Virus record (IMG/VR): IMGVR_UViG_3300035633_000651
Coordinates: 32,001 to 96,000 of that record
Direction: 5' to 3' (one strand)
DNA length: 64,000 bases
DNA from: a virus
The notes beneath the pieces were generated by a model, which had not been told where the DNA came from, did no database searches, and worked only from the letters and a program-made list of their open reading frames with translations. A program made the translations under genes and the position numbers. This document shows, one piece after another, positions 25,610 to 35,074 of this stretch (positions are counted from its first letter, which is position 1; every line of letters starts with the position of its first letter).

Positions 25610-26905
25610 ATGGCGACGATCGAACTCACCATCAACACCAACTACGTTCCGTCCTGGGGCACCTGGGAAGCCGTCCGCGAGATCCTGCAGAACGCGAAGG
25701 ACGCCGACGACCTGGGTCACAAGATGGAAGTCAAGTACCATCCCAAGACCGAGCGCCTCGTCATCAAGAGCGAGGGCGCAGACCTGACGCGCGAGACACT
25801 TCTCCTCGGCGCCACCAGCAAGGCCGGCCGGTCGGACCAGCGCGGGCAGTTCGGCGAGGGCTACAAGCTCGCTCTTCTCGTCCTGGCGCGTCAGGGCGCC
25901 GAAGTCACCATTCACACGCCGCGGGAGACCTGGGTCCCTACGCTCACGGACTCGACCACCTTCGACGGTGCCGAAGTCCTCACCATCCGCACGCGGCCTC
26001 GGAAGTCCCGAACCCAATCGGTGGAGTTCGTCGTCAAAGGGATCACCGAGGCCGCGTGGCGGTCTGTCCAGGCCAACTGCCTGTTCCTGCAGACCGCCAT
26101 GCCGCACATCAAGACGCACGCGGGCTCGGTCCTCACGGACCCCGAGCTGGCCAATAAGCTCTTCGTGGGCGGCCTGTTCGTTTCGGACCTGCCAGACCGC
26201 TACCGCTACGGCTACGACCTCCAGAACGTGCACCTGGACCGTGACCGCAAGATGGCCGAGCCCTGGTCCCTGCGCTGGGAGATCAGCAAGGTGCTCAATG
26301 AGGCGGTCGCCGATGACCAGCTCGACCTCGACAAGGTCCTACGCATGGACTCGGGCGAGATGAAGGCCATGGCGGAGAACACCGAGTACATCAAGCAGGT
26401 GGCCGCCAAGGTCGTGCAGGAGTTCGAGGCCGAGAACGGCGAGGACGCCGTGGCCGTCGACGACATGGCTCAGGCGCAGCGCGCGGGACAGCACGGTATG
26501 AAGGCCGTCGTCGTCAGCCGAGAGAAGCGCCTCGTCATCGAGGCCTGCAAGGGCAAGCTCGACGACCGGATCCAGGACCGCGACACCGACACCAAGGTGC
26601 TCGTTCAGCCGGACGACCTCGGCGCCGACGAGTGTGCCAACCTCGTCTGGGCCACCGAGCTGGTGGAAGTGTTCGCAGGACTCACGGAGGCGGTGCAGGT
26701 CGTCGAGTTCTACGGGGAGCGCATCGACGGCTGCACGGACGGCAAGACCATTCGCCTGGCCCGCCGCATCCTCACGAACCGGGCTCAGCTCATCGCGACC
26801 TTCGTCCATGAGGTGGCCCACCGTCACGGTCCGGACGGTTCTGCGGAGCATCGGGCGGCCATCGAAGACATCTTCGCGAAGATCGTGGTAGGACAGGCGG
26901 CATGA
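25610..26905 (+). CDS. GHKL-family ATPase fused to a C-terminal HExxH domain
   Basis: EAVREILQNAKD, LLGATSK, GQFGEGYKLA; C-terminal FVHEVAH. Confidence 0.8.
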   Translation: MATIELTINTNYVPSWGTWEAVREILQNAKDADDLGHKMEVKYHPKTERLVIKSEGADLTRETLLLGATSKAGRSDQRGQFGEGYKLALLVLARQGAEVTIHTPRETWVPTLTDSTTFDGAEVLTIRTRPRKSRTQSVEFVVKGITEAAWRSVQANCLFLQTAMPHIKTHAGSVLTDPELANKLFVGGLFVSDLPDRYRYGYDLQNVHLDRDRKMAEPWSLRWEISKVLNEAVADDQLDLDKVLRMDSGEMKAMAENTEYIKQVAAKVVQEFEAENGEDAVAVDDMAQAQRAGQHGMKAVVVSREKRLVIEACKGKLDDRIQDRDTDTKVLVQPDDLGADECANLVWATELVEVFAGLTEAVQVVEFYGERIDGCTDGKTIRLARRILTNRAQLIATFVHEVAHRHGPDGSAEHRAAIEDIFAKIVVGQAA

Positions 26906-27174
26906 AAGCTGTCGTCGTCATCGAGGTTCAAAACCCGGACACGCCGTTCGTGCCTGCCCTGAGCTACTACCGGGAAATGGACCTCGGGCTGCCCTTCCCC
27001 GGCGTCGGCTGGGAGCTGTACCTGCATGGGTTCTCGGCTCCGGCCGTCATCCGCAAGGCCATCCGGCTGGAGTCTGGCCGGACCTACCTGGTCTGCACGC
27101 TGCCAAGCACACGACCGAAGCCCCCCAAGGGCGACTGGAAGCCCGTCGACTTCGAGGCGCCGTGGCTCGTCTGA
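26902..27174 (+). CDS. Hypothetical protein
   Basis: ATGA overlap with the upstream gene. Confidence 0.5.
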   Translation: MKAVVVIEVQNPDTPFVPALSYYREMDLGLPFPGVGWELYLHGFSAPAVIRKAIRLESGRTYLVCTLPSTRPKPPKGDWKPVDFEAPWLV

Positions 27175-27181
27175 TTTCTCC

Positions 27182-27210
27182 TTGACAGACGCCGGGCTCT
27201 GTCGTATGGT
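27182..27210 (+). promoter_or_regulatory. Leaderless promoter with palindrome
   Basis: TTGACA-GACG-CCGG-GCTC-TGTC-G-TATGGT-N6-ATG(27217). Confidence 0.85.
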
Positions 27211-27216
27211 CTGAGC

Positions 27217-27567
27217 ATGACGACGACGGACATCGCCCCCACCAACACCGACGCCACCCGTATGGGCGGCAAGAAGGTCTTCTACAACAGCTGGGGCTAC
27301 GGCCAGACAAACATCGACTTCTACGTGGTCGAGCGGGAGAGCGCCTCGAACGTGTGGCTGCGCCGGATCACCTCGCGACACACTGAGAACGTCGGCTACA
27401 TGCAAGACCGCGTGGTGGCCGGCGACAGCTACAGCGACCTGGACACCAAGGTGTACCGCCGCAAGAAGTTCACCTGCGACGACCGTCAGTACTGCAACAG
27501 CCCCAGCGGCTTCGGCGCCTGCTGCCTTTGGGGTGGCGAGCCTCTCACGGAAACGAGCTACGCATGA
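27217..27567 (+). CDS. Conserved phage hypothetical protein
   Basis: SWGYGQTNIDFYVV motif. Confidence 0.7.
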   Translation: MTTTDIAPTNTDATRMGGKKVFYNSWGYGQTNIDFYVVERESASNVWLRRITSRHTENVGYMQDRVVAGDSYSDLDTKVYRRKKFTCDDRQYCNSPSGFGACCLWGGEPLTETSYA

Positions 27568-28034
27568 AGTTCGTCATCGAGTACCGATGTGCTCTGAGCC
27601 GTGACGCGTCGCCCGTCTTCCAGACGACGGTCACGGCGCCGAGCAAGGCAGCCGCACAGGAGCGCTTCTACGACACGGACGACCAGGACTGGGAGGTCCT
27701 CAGCATCAGGCGAGAAGCGAGCGCGTTGAGAGACTACATCCCGCTGCCCTTCTGGGACGACGGCCCTGGGATGATGCGCCTGTGGGGTGAGATGCGTCAG
27801 GGGCCGGTGAAGCTGGCGCGCAGGCTCTTCCCTGAGCGGCATTCGGGCTACGTGCGGGACACCGAGAACTTGGTGAACCTGGGTGTGAACCGAAGCTGCG
27901 AGCTGTCCTGTGCCGCCCGCGGCGAGAAGCGAGGCGCGGAGGTCTACCGCGAAGCGCAGATCATATGCGCAGCGCGCATAAGTAATGAGTGCCGCGCATT
28001 TCTGCAGGCCAAAGGCTGGGACTTTCCCACTTGA
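27564..28034 (+). CDS. Hypothetical protein
   Basis: ATGA overlap with the upstream gene. Confidence 0.5.
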   Translation: MKFVIEYRCALSRDASPVFQTTVTAPSKAAAQERFYDTDDQDWEVLSIRREASALRDYIPLPFWDDGPGMMRLWGEMRQGPVKLARRLFPERHSGYVRDTENLVNLGVNRSCELSCAARGEKRGAEVYREAQIICAARISNECRAFLQAKGWDFPT

Positions 28035-28059
28035 CAAACTCCGGAGACTGTACCAAGGT
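28031..28059 (+). promoter_or_regulatory. Leaderless promoter, palindrome variant ending TGTA
   Basis: TTGACA-AACT-CCGG-AGAC-TGTA-C-CAAGGT-N7-ATG(28067). Confidence 0.75.
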
Positions 28060-28066
28060 GACCACC

Positions 28067-28555
28067 ATGACGACGACAGCCGATAAGATCCGCAAAGTCA
28101 TCGCCGAGGCCCGCGAGGACCTCGACTTCCCAGAAGAGGTCCGCGAGGCGGTCCGCTCCCTCGAAGGGCGCAAGATCGACAAGCGCTTCTACAACGCGGT
28201 CGTCCGCGCGCTGGGTGACCGTCTGGAGAGTCACATGTACAGCAACCTCGGCGGCGCGAAGCGCATGGAGTTGACCCCCGTGGACGGGACGTGCCACCGC
28301 TTCCTCATGGGCTGGGACAACGACCGTGACTTCAACCTCACCGAGTTCATCGACCAGAACAGTCCCTACTTCTCGGGCGCCCGCCAGCGTGAGGACCAGC
28401 GCGACGCCCGCACGGACGAGGACATCGAGGTGCTCGCCGCGAAGATCGATGCCTTCAAGGAGGCCAGGGCTGCCCTGAAGGCGGACCTGGAGAAGCACGG
28501 CCGCTGGGCCGACTACATCGACATTGAGGCTCAGGTCATCGGAGAGACGCTATGA
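28067..28555 (+). CDS. Hypothetical protein
   Basis: Starts at the predicted TSS. Confidence 0.65.
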   Translation: MTTTADKIRKVIAEAREDLDFPEEVREAVRSLEGRKIDKRFYNAVVRALGDRLESHMYSNLGGAKRMELTPVDGTCHRFLMGWDNDRDFNLTEFIDQNSPYFSGARQREDQRDARTDEDIEVLAAKIDAFKEARAALKADLEKHGRWADYIDIEAQVIGETL

Positions 28556-29181
28556 ACGCACGTCAGGAAGCACTGGCCGAACTGAAGGCCAAGCAGGACA
28601 AAGAGCGCGCCAAGTTGGAGCGCGAGTACAACATTCGGGAGCAGCTGCCCGAGGGCGCAGAGCCGCGCTTCGTGACGACGGTCAGCGGCCGGGTCTTCGT
28701 GACCTACGAGGTCGACACCTTCGAGGAGGCCTGGCAGGTCCTAGACCTCTACGAGCTGCTCGACTGCGAGGCACGCGAGTCTGGATGCCTGAGCATCGCA
28801 CCGCCCGAGGCGCAGGACCCGAGCTACCAGAACGGTCGCCTTCGCTGGAAGCTGCCTGAGATGGTCGAGCTGTGCTCCCACGGCGGCTCGGGCTACAGCC
28901 CGACCTTCGAGGTGGGCGGCTACGGCAAGCACGGCGACCTGGTGGTCAACCTCACGGTCAAGGTCGCGAAGGCGGCCTACGGGCTGCACGCGTACCAGCC
29001 GATGCGTCACACGCTGTGGGGTCCAGAGAACGACGGTCCGGTCCGTCACAGCCCGCTGAAAAGCACAACGACCTACCACGTCAAGTGGGGCGGAGGGACG
29101 CCAGGGTCGCACCGCTGCAGCTACTACGTCTCGGGGACGCAGCAGGCGCAGGAAGCCGTCGAGGCGGCCCTGAAGCTATGA
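28552..29181 (+). CDS. Hypothetical protein
   Basis: 209 aa; ATGA overlaps at both ends. Confidence 0.65.
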   Translation: MNARQEALAELKAKQDKERAKLEREYNIREQLPEGAEPRFVTTVSGRVFVTYEVDTFEEAWQVLDLYELLDCEARESGCLSIAPPEAQDPSYQNGRLRWKLPEMVELCSHGGSGYSPTFEVGGYGKHGDLVVNLTVKVAKAAYGLHAYQPMRHTLWGPENDGPVRHSPLKSTTTYHVKWGGGTPGSHRCSYYVSGTQQAQEAVEAALKL

Positions 29182-30107
29182 ACAAGTGGCCAGGCATCGA
29201 GTCGTTGAAGCACGTCACCAAGTACGTGCGTAAGTGCACGCCCTACGCGCGGGTGCACTACTACGCGAAGGTGAAACTGCACGGCACCAACGCGGGTGTT
29301 GCCCGCCTGCAAGATGGCACGTTGCAGGCTCAGTCGCGGTCCCGCGTCATCACGCCCGAAGACGACAACCAGGGCTTCGCGGCCTGGCTTCGCGACAACA
29401 CCGGCCGCTTCTTGAAGTGCCCGAGCGGCGTTACTGTGTTCGGTGAGTGGTACGGTCAAGGGATCATGAAAGGCACTGCAGCGTCACAGGTCGAAGGTAG
29501 GCACTTCGCCCCCTTCGCGGTCATGGGCGCAGGTCGCATCGACCCAAGTCCGGCTTTGTGCCGTGCGTGGTCGGGCTGCGACAGCCTACCCTGGGCCGCT
29601 TCGCTAGCCGTCGACTTCAATGACGTCGAGGCGTCTCGTGGGACATTGGAGAGGCTGCTTCAAAAGGTCGAAGCAGAAGACCCGTTTATCCTGGCACTGC
29701 ACGGCGTCAAGGGCCTGGGCGAGGGGCTCGTGTTCTACCCGCAGCTTGCAGACTCGGGCGACGTGCCTGCGCCAGAACATTACGCGAACATGATCTTCAA
29801 GCTGAAGGGCGACAAGCACAAGGTGAAGGCGACCAAACAGAAGGTCGAGCTGGCACCCGAGGCGATTGCGAGTCGGAAGGCGTTCGCCGAGGCCTTCGTC
29901 ACCGACGCACGCCTCGACCAGTGCCTCGGTGAGCTGGGCGTGAGTCGTGACACGTTCGAGATGCACCAGACGGGTGATGTCATGCGCTGGATGTCGACGG
30001 ACATCCAGAAAGAGTCGGTGCAGGAGCTGGAAGAGTCCGGCATGACCTGGAAGGATGTGGTGTCCGAAACGCAACGCGCTGTGCGTGAGAAGTTGAGAGG
30101 ACTCTGA
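29178..30107 (+). CDS. RNA ligase, Rnl2 family
   Basis: Motif I KLHGTNA, QSRSR.I...DN.GFA, FGEWYG.GI, GEGLV, IFKLKG. Confidence 0.9.
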   Translation: MNKWPGIESLKHVTKYVRKCTPYARVHYYAKVKLHGTNAGVARLQDGTLQAQSRSRVITPEDDNQGFAAWLRDNTGRFLKCPSGVTVFGEWYGQGIMKGTAASQVEGRHFAPFAVMGAGRIDPSPALCRAWSGCDSLPWAASLAVDFNDVEASRGTLERLLQKVEAEDPFILALHGVKGLGEGLVFYPQLADSGDVPAPEHYANMIFKLKGDKHKVKATKQKVELAPEAIASRKAFAEAFVTDARLDQCLGELGVSRDTFEMHQTGDVMRWMSTDIQKESVQELEESGMTWKDVVSETQRAVREKLRGL

Positions 30108-31156
30108 TGACCGCCGAGGACATCACTGGGTCGCGCCTGCAGACGCCCGAGCAGCGTTACAAGCAGGCGCTGGCCGAGGCTCAGATCGAGGGCGAGATGC
30201 GCGCGATGCGCATCATGTCCGACGTCCTCACTGAGGCGGGGGTGCCCTACACGGATATCTCGGCGATCATCCTGGAGACCGTTCGCCGCATCGGCGACGA
30301 GAAGGCAGCAGCTGCGAAGTGAAGCGCCGGTGGCTAGACGGAGACAAGTGGGCTCAGGTCCGAGCGATGGTCGAAGGCCTGCTCCGTGAGTACGAGGTGC
30401 CTCCGGAAGAGACGGGTGGATACGTTGTGTGGCTCAACCCTGAAGAGTGGCCGCCCAACGAGCTGAGCGCCCAACTTGGGATCTCCGTCTTCGGGAAGTA
30501 CCGCATCACGCTGCGTCACACACGACGTTGGAACGAGGCGGTAGGTGCGGCGCGCCACCAGATCCTCCGAGGACGGGAGAGCCTGCAGACACTGGGGGCG
30601 ATGGAGTGAAGCCGCCGTGCGCTAAGCCGTGTGCGGCGTGCCCGTTTCGGCGCGACTCGCTGCCCGGGTGGCTCGGAGAGTCGACTCCGTTGGAATTCAT
30701 GTGGGAGCAGACGATGCACGATGTGCCCATGCCTTGCCACCTGACCGTGAACTACAGCGACCCCGATTGGGAGTCGAAGCTCGACCGGGCCAAGTACTGC
30801 GCAGGCGCGTTGGTGTTCTTTCGGAACATCTCGAAGCTCAGTCGAGACCCCGACCGGCCGCGCATGGAGGCGGACAAGGAGACGGTGTTCGCGTCACCCG
30901 ACGAGTTCGTGCTGCACCACATGAAAGGGAAGAAGCCATGAATGAGATACTATGGCCGGTGTTTTGGTTCGGCTGCAGTGGATTCACGCTGGCCATTCTA
31001 TACCACCGAAGCACGCCGGCTGACCGAAAGAGCAGTGGGATGGCCCCGTCCACGTACGAGGTAACGTCAATTGTGGCGCTTTTGGCTGGGCCGCTCGGGC
31101 TCGCCACAACCCTCTGCTTCGCCTCGGCCTCGTGGGTCTTCGGAAAGTTCAGGTGA
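30107..31156 (+). other. Short ORFs 30107-30322, 30319-30609, 30606-30941 (Cys-rich) and 30938-31156 (membrane)
   Basis: Translationally coupled; KPCAACPFRRDS...CH...CAGA in the third. Confidence 0.55.
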
Positions 31157-31164
31157 CGCCGTGC

Positions 31165-31193
31165 TTGACATCGTCCGGGTTCTGTCGTATGCT
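31165..31193 (+). promoter_or_regulatory. Leaderless promoter with palindrome
   Basis: TTGACA-TCGT-CCGG-GTTC-TGTC-G-TATGCT-N6-ATG(31200). Confidence 0.85.
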
Positions 31194-31199
31194 CAGCTC

Positions 31200-31649
31200 A
31201 TGACCGACGGACACCGCATCCAGAACCGGCGCGACGCCTTTTACTACATCTTCGGCGGCAAGGCGCTGTTCACGCTCGTGAGTCAGAAGTCGGGTCAGCG
31301 CTTCACCTACAGGGTGAACGTGGGGCGCGCAGGCTCCAAGTGGGAGGGCTGCTACTTCATCGACGTGCTGACCGGCTCGGACAACACCTCCGACTACGCC
31401 GCGCTCGGCATGATCAAGTCCAAGGGCGGCTTCATCAAGACCAGCCGCTCGCGCATCGACACCGACGCCCCGTCGCACCGGGCGTTCCGTTGGCTCGTCG
31501 AGCAGGCGCTCATGAGCGACGCGGGGTTCGAGCAGTGCGAGGTCTGGCACCATGGGCACTGCAGCGCGTGCGGCCGTCGGCTCACCGATCCGGACTCCAT
31601 CGCACGCGGCTTGGGTCCCGTTTGCGCCGAGAAGATGGTGCCGGTATGA
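31200..31649 (+). CDS. DUF6011-type zinc-finger protein
   Basis: CSACGRRLTDPDSIARGLGPVC. Confidence 0.8.
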   Translation: MTDGHRIQNRRDAFYYIFGGKALFTLVSQKSGQRFTYRVNVGRAGSKWEGCYFIDVLTGSDNTSDYAALGMIKSKGGFIKTSRSRIDTDAPSHRAFRWLVEQALMSDAGFEQCEVWHHGHCSACGRRLTDPDSIARGLGPVCAEKMVPV

Positions 31650-32525
31650 GGACCTTCAACGTCTGGACGTTCGAGGACGTCGGCCGGATCATGTGCCGCG
31701 ACCATCTGGACGTGGTGGAGGCCTCGTCGCCCGAGGACGCGGCCCTGGAGTACACGCGACGTCGTCCGAAAGTTCTCGACGTGGTGGTCGAGGACATCGT
31801 GTCTGGCGACGTGAAGAGCTACGAGGTGCGTAGATGACATTCGACCATCCAGTCTTCTTGGCACTCCCTATGGCTTCGCCGGTCATCCTCTTGTTTGTCG
31901 TTTGGGTTGTGCATAGGGTCAAAGAGGACCCAGAAGACTTTCTGACCACATGCATGGCGATGGCGATGGCAGCGACTGCTGGTCTCAGCCTCATTCTTTT
32001 TATACTTTGGGTGCGTCAATGACGTGGCAGCTGCTGCCCTACCCGCGCCCATCGTGGGCGTGCTACTGGGGGCGCAAGCACCGGTGGTACGGACGCTCCA
32101 AGGAGCGCGCCTGGCTGGTGAGCTGTCGCGGTGTGCCCAAGGAGCAGACGTCGGATCCCTACGACAAGCGCATCTTCGCGGCCAACTTCATTTGTGTGCG
32201 GTGTCACGCCGAGGCCAACATGCTCGACTATTCCTGGCGCCGGAACCTGGTCGAGTCCGAGCGCGAGAAGCTGCAGGACCAGGCGCGCCTTGCCGAGTTT
32301 GCGGAGGCTGAGCAGGTCTACCAGCGTCACAGCCGCGGGCAGCTCACCCCGAGGGGAGCGCTTGCCATCCCCGCAACATCCACAGTAGACGGGGCGGGTG
32401 CACTGTCCCTGACGGAAGGAAAGACTGATGAGTGACTACCCCGAACACGACAAGCTACGTGCCGCCCGTGAGCGCCTCAACATCGACGCCGTCAGCGAGT
32501 TCTTGGACTGAGGAGAAGAAGGCAA

Positions 32526-33359
32526 ATGGGAGCTGACATCCACATGACCATCCAGACCCGCGAGTCGTCGAACGACCCGTGGCGCACACGCACGGACATC
32601 GAGGCGTACGGCGACCGGAACTACCGCGTGTTCGCCGCCCTGGCCGGAGTCCGCAACGGCGAAGGCTTCGCCGGCGTCAAGACAGGCAACGCCCTCGTGC
32701 CGATCTCCGAACCGCGCGGGTTCCCCGAAGACTACGCCGCGCAGATCGCCAACGTGGACGACGACCTTGGGTACGAGGAGTACAGCTGTCTGCGCGACGA
32801 GGTCCACGGGGAGGCCTTGTCGTCGGACCACAGTGAGACCTGGCTGACGTTGGACGAGGTGCGCGCCTACGACTGGGACCAGGTGTCTCACCGCGTGGGA
32901 ACGGTCAACGCGGAGCAGTACAAGGTCTTCAAGGAAAAAGGGCGCCCCGAGTCATGGTCCGCCGGCTGCTTCGGACGGGGCGTGATTCACGTCTCCAACG
33001 AAGAGATGGACCGCCGCATCGCCGAGGACGATTGGACGCTGTCGCGGAGCACCGCGCTCGTGTCTCATCTTCGCGAGTGGGCCGACGACATCGAGCACAA
33101 GGCGTCGATGTGGGACGACCAGGCGCTGTTTGGTGGACCTCTCGGCGGACTGCTGTTGGACACGAACATCCAGCGACTACGGGAGCTTCTTGGCGCGGGG
33201 CCCTTGCCTGAGCAGGTGAGCTACTACACGCAGGTCGCGTGGGACTTGCCGCTGCGCGACGACTGTCGGGGCTTCCTGGAGTGGCTCACGCGCCTGGAAA
33301 AGGCGACGCTCGGCTACTCGCCCAAGAACGTCCGACTGGTCTTTGGATTCGATTCATGA
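32526..33359 (+). CDS. Conserved phage hypothetical protein
   Basis: MGADIH...RNYRVFAALAGVRN...PRGFP.D...HS.TWLTL.E...RLVFGFDS. Confidence 0.75.
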   Translation: MGADIHMTIQTRESSNDPWRTRTDIEAYGDRNYRVFAALAGVRNGEGFAGVKTGNALVPISEPRGFPEDYAAQIANVDDDLGYEEYSCLRDEVHGEALSSDHSETWLTLDEVRAYDWDQVSHRVGTVNAEQYKVFKEKGRPESWSAGCFGRGVIHVSNEEMDRRIAEDDWTLSRSTALVSHLREWADDIEHKASMWDDQALFGGPLGGLLLDTNIQRLRELLGAGPLPEQVSYYTQVAWDLPLRDDCRGFLEWLTRLEKATLGYSPKNVRLVFGFDS

Positions 33360-33646
33360 TCGACGAGGATCCAGAGCTGCGTCAGCGACGCGAGCGCAAG
33401 GAACGACTGTGGGCGGAAGCCCGCCAGAGCGCCCGACGGGAGACCCGCTACGCCTTCATCGCGGCAGGCATCTTGATACTGGTCATCGGCGGGGTCGCGT
33501 TGATCACTCACAGTATGAGCGCATCGGAGTACGAACGCTGTGCGAAGACCTGCACCCGAGAGCACGGGCGGTCGGTCCACCCCGAGATTGTCGGCGGTGA
33601 GTGCTTCTGCGTCCAGCCTCCATCCACGGTGCACAAGACCCACTGA
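33356..33646 (+). CDS. Small membrane protein with Cys-containing C-terminus
   Basis: One TM, then CxxxC and CxC. Confidence 0.5.
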   Translation: MIDEDPELRQRRERKERLWAEARQSARRETRYAFIAAGILILVIGGVALITHSMSASEYERCAKTCTREHGRSVHPEIVGGECFCVQPPSTVHKTH

Positions 33647-33726
33647 CGTGGTAGGCTGAGGCATGCACTTGCACGGCCACCTCTGCCCGCACGACCTGAC
33701 CGTGCTCCTGCTCGCCGCCTGGGAGT

Positions 33727-34500
33727 TCAGCCTTCCGCTTCGTCATCATGCAGGGATGCTTGCCCGGTGGGCAGTCCGTGCATGTCGGGGTTGGCGTACG
33801 CCCCGGCCAGGTCTCCCGCCTCCAGCTTCCGGTCCGCGAAGTTGAGCGTCACCATCTCGTCCGGCGTGAAGAACGTGTCCTGACCGCAGAGCTGTCGCAT
33901 GTGGTCCTCGTTGACGCCTTGACGCGCGTTCACTTTCCGCGCGCCCTGCGGAAGCTTTGAGTTCAGGACGCGGGCCACCGCTGCCTGGTCTTCGGCCGCC
34001 CGCAAGCGCTCCAGGTAGATGCGGTACATCGTCGGTCCGGTGTGCTGCTTCGAGTACTCGACCATGTTCTGTACAGACTTCGGAATGTCCCAAGCACCCT
34101 CGAACCCGTCGTGGATCATGTAGAAGCCGTGCGGTGCAGTGATGCGCAGGTCGGCCGCCTGGAAGATGATGCTGGTCATCGAGCGGGCGTGGCTCATGTT
34201 GATGATCGTCACGTGGGACCGACAGTGCGTGATGGCGTCGTAGATCGCCATACCGTGGTCCCAGTCCCCACCGCACGAGTTCATGATGATGGTCAGCGGT
34301 TGCGCACCTTTTGGGTCGTCGAGCGTCGACAGCCCAAGCACGAGCCGACGAGCTGTGTTCCAGTAGATGCCTGGGTCTTCGGACATGGTCTCGTCCTGCC
34401 CGTGGTCTTGCTCCAGAATGCCGCCCAAGTAGAGGACGCGGGTCCGCGGGTTGATCCCGTACCAGTAGAAGCGGTCGAGGTCGTCGCGGGGGGTCTTCAC
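33727..34500 (-). CDS. ClpP-like serine protease
   Basis: IIMNSCGG.W..GMAIYD, ARSM (Ser), MIHD (His), DTFF..E (Asp). Confidence 0.85.
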   Translation of the reverse strand: MKTPRDDLDRFYWYGINPRTRVLYLGGILEQDHGQDETMSEDPGIYWNTARRLVLGLSTLDDPKGAQPLTIIMNSCGGDWDHGMAIYDAITHCRSHVTIINMSHARSMTSIIFQAADLRITAPHGFYMIHDGFEGAWDIPKSVQNMVEYSKQHTGPTMYRIYLERLRAAEDQAAVARVLNSKLPQGARKVNARQGVNEDHMRQLCGQDTFFTPDEMVTLNFADRKLEAGDLAGAYANPDMHGLPTGQASLHDDEAEG

Positions 34501-34580
34501 GTCCTGAGTGTACGCCGCCCCAGGGGCCGGAGCCAGTTGCGAGTTGACAGGTTCCGGACGCGCCCTGCAGCGTGCTGACG

Positions 34581-34976
34581 ATGTCAACGCGCTTTTACGT
34601 GGCCGCCACGCTGTCCGACCGAGACCTCGCTTCCCGGCTCATCATGTCCGCCCCTGCGAACTGGATGTGCACCTTCAACTGGACCGAGGTGGAGCCGGCC
34701 AAACCCGACGTCACGGAGCGTCGCCGGATCGCGCTGTGCGAGGTGGCGGCCGTCCAGCACGCCGACCTGCTGGTGCTCTTGCTTCCTGGGGCTCGGGGTT
34801 CGCACACGGAGCTAGGGGTCGCGCTGGGGGCCGACATCCCGGTCTACATCACGTACCGCGCCGAGGACGCGCCAGCGCGCGACTGTGCCTTCTACTGGCA
34901 CCCTGCGGTGCAGGGCCACATTCCCGTCGACGACCTGCTGATGGAGCCTTGGCCCGAGGTCTTTGAGAACTGTTGA
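34581..34976 (+). CDS. Second nucleoside 2-deoxyribosyltransferase-like protein
   Basis: FYVAA, ADLLVLLLPGARGSHTELGVALG; preceded by partial promoter motif TTGACA-N4-CCGG at 34544. Confidence 0.75.
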   Translation: MSTRFYVAATLSDRDLASRLIMSAPANWMCTFNWTEVEPAKPDVTERRRIALCEVAAVQHADLLVLLLPGARGSHTELGVALGADIPVYITYRAEDAPARDCAFYWHPAVQGHIPVDDLLMEPWPEVFENC

Positions 34977-35074
34977 CATCCTCTCGGGGGCTGAGTATGT
35001 CAACGCTCCCGCGGCACTGGGGCCGCTCATCACTTGCTCGGACCGGGACGGTCTGAGCCGAAGGAGGTCCGACC

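Noticed and set aside
32428-32511. 27-aa ORF ending FLD-TGA, suggesting TGA-to-Trp recoding
   Set aside because: TGA is used as a normal stop throughout, with many ATGA overlaps; more likely a gene remnant
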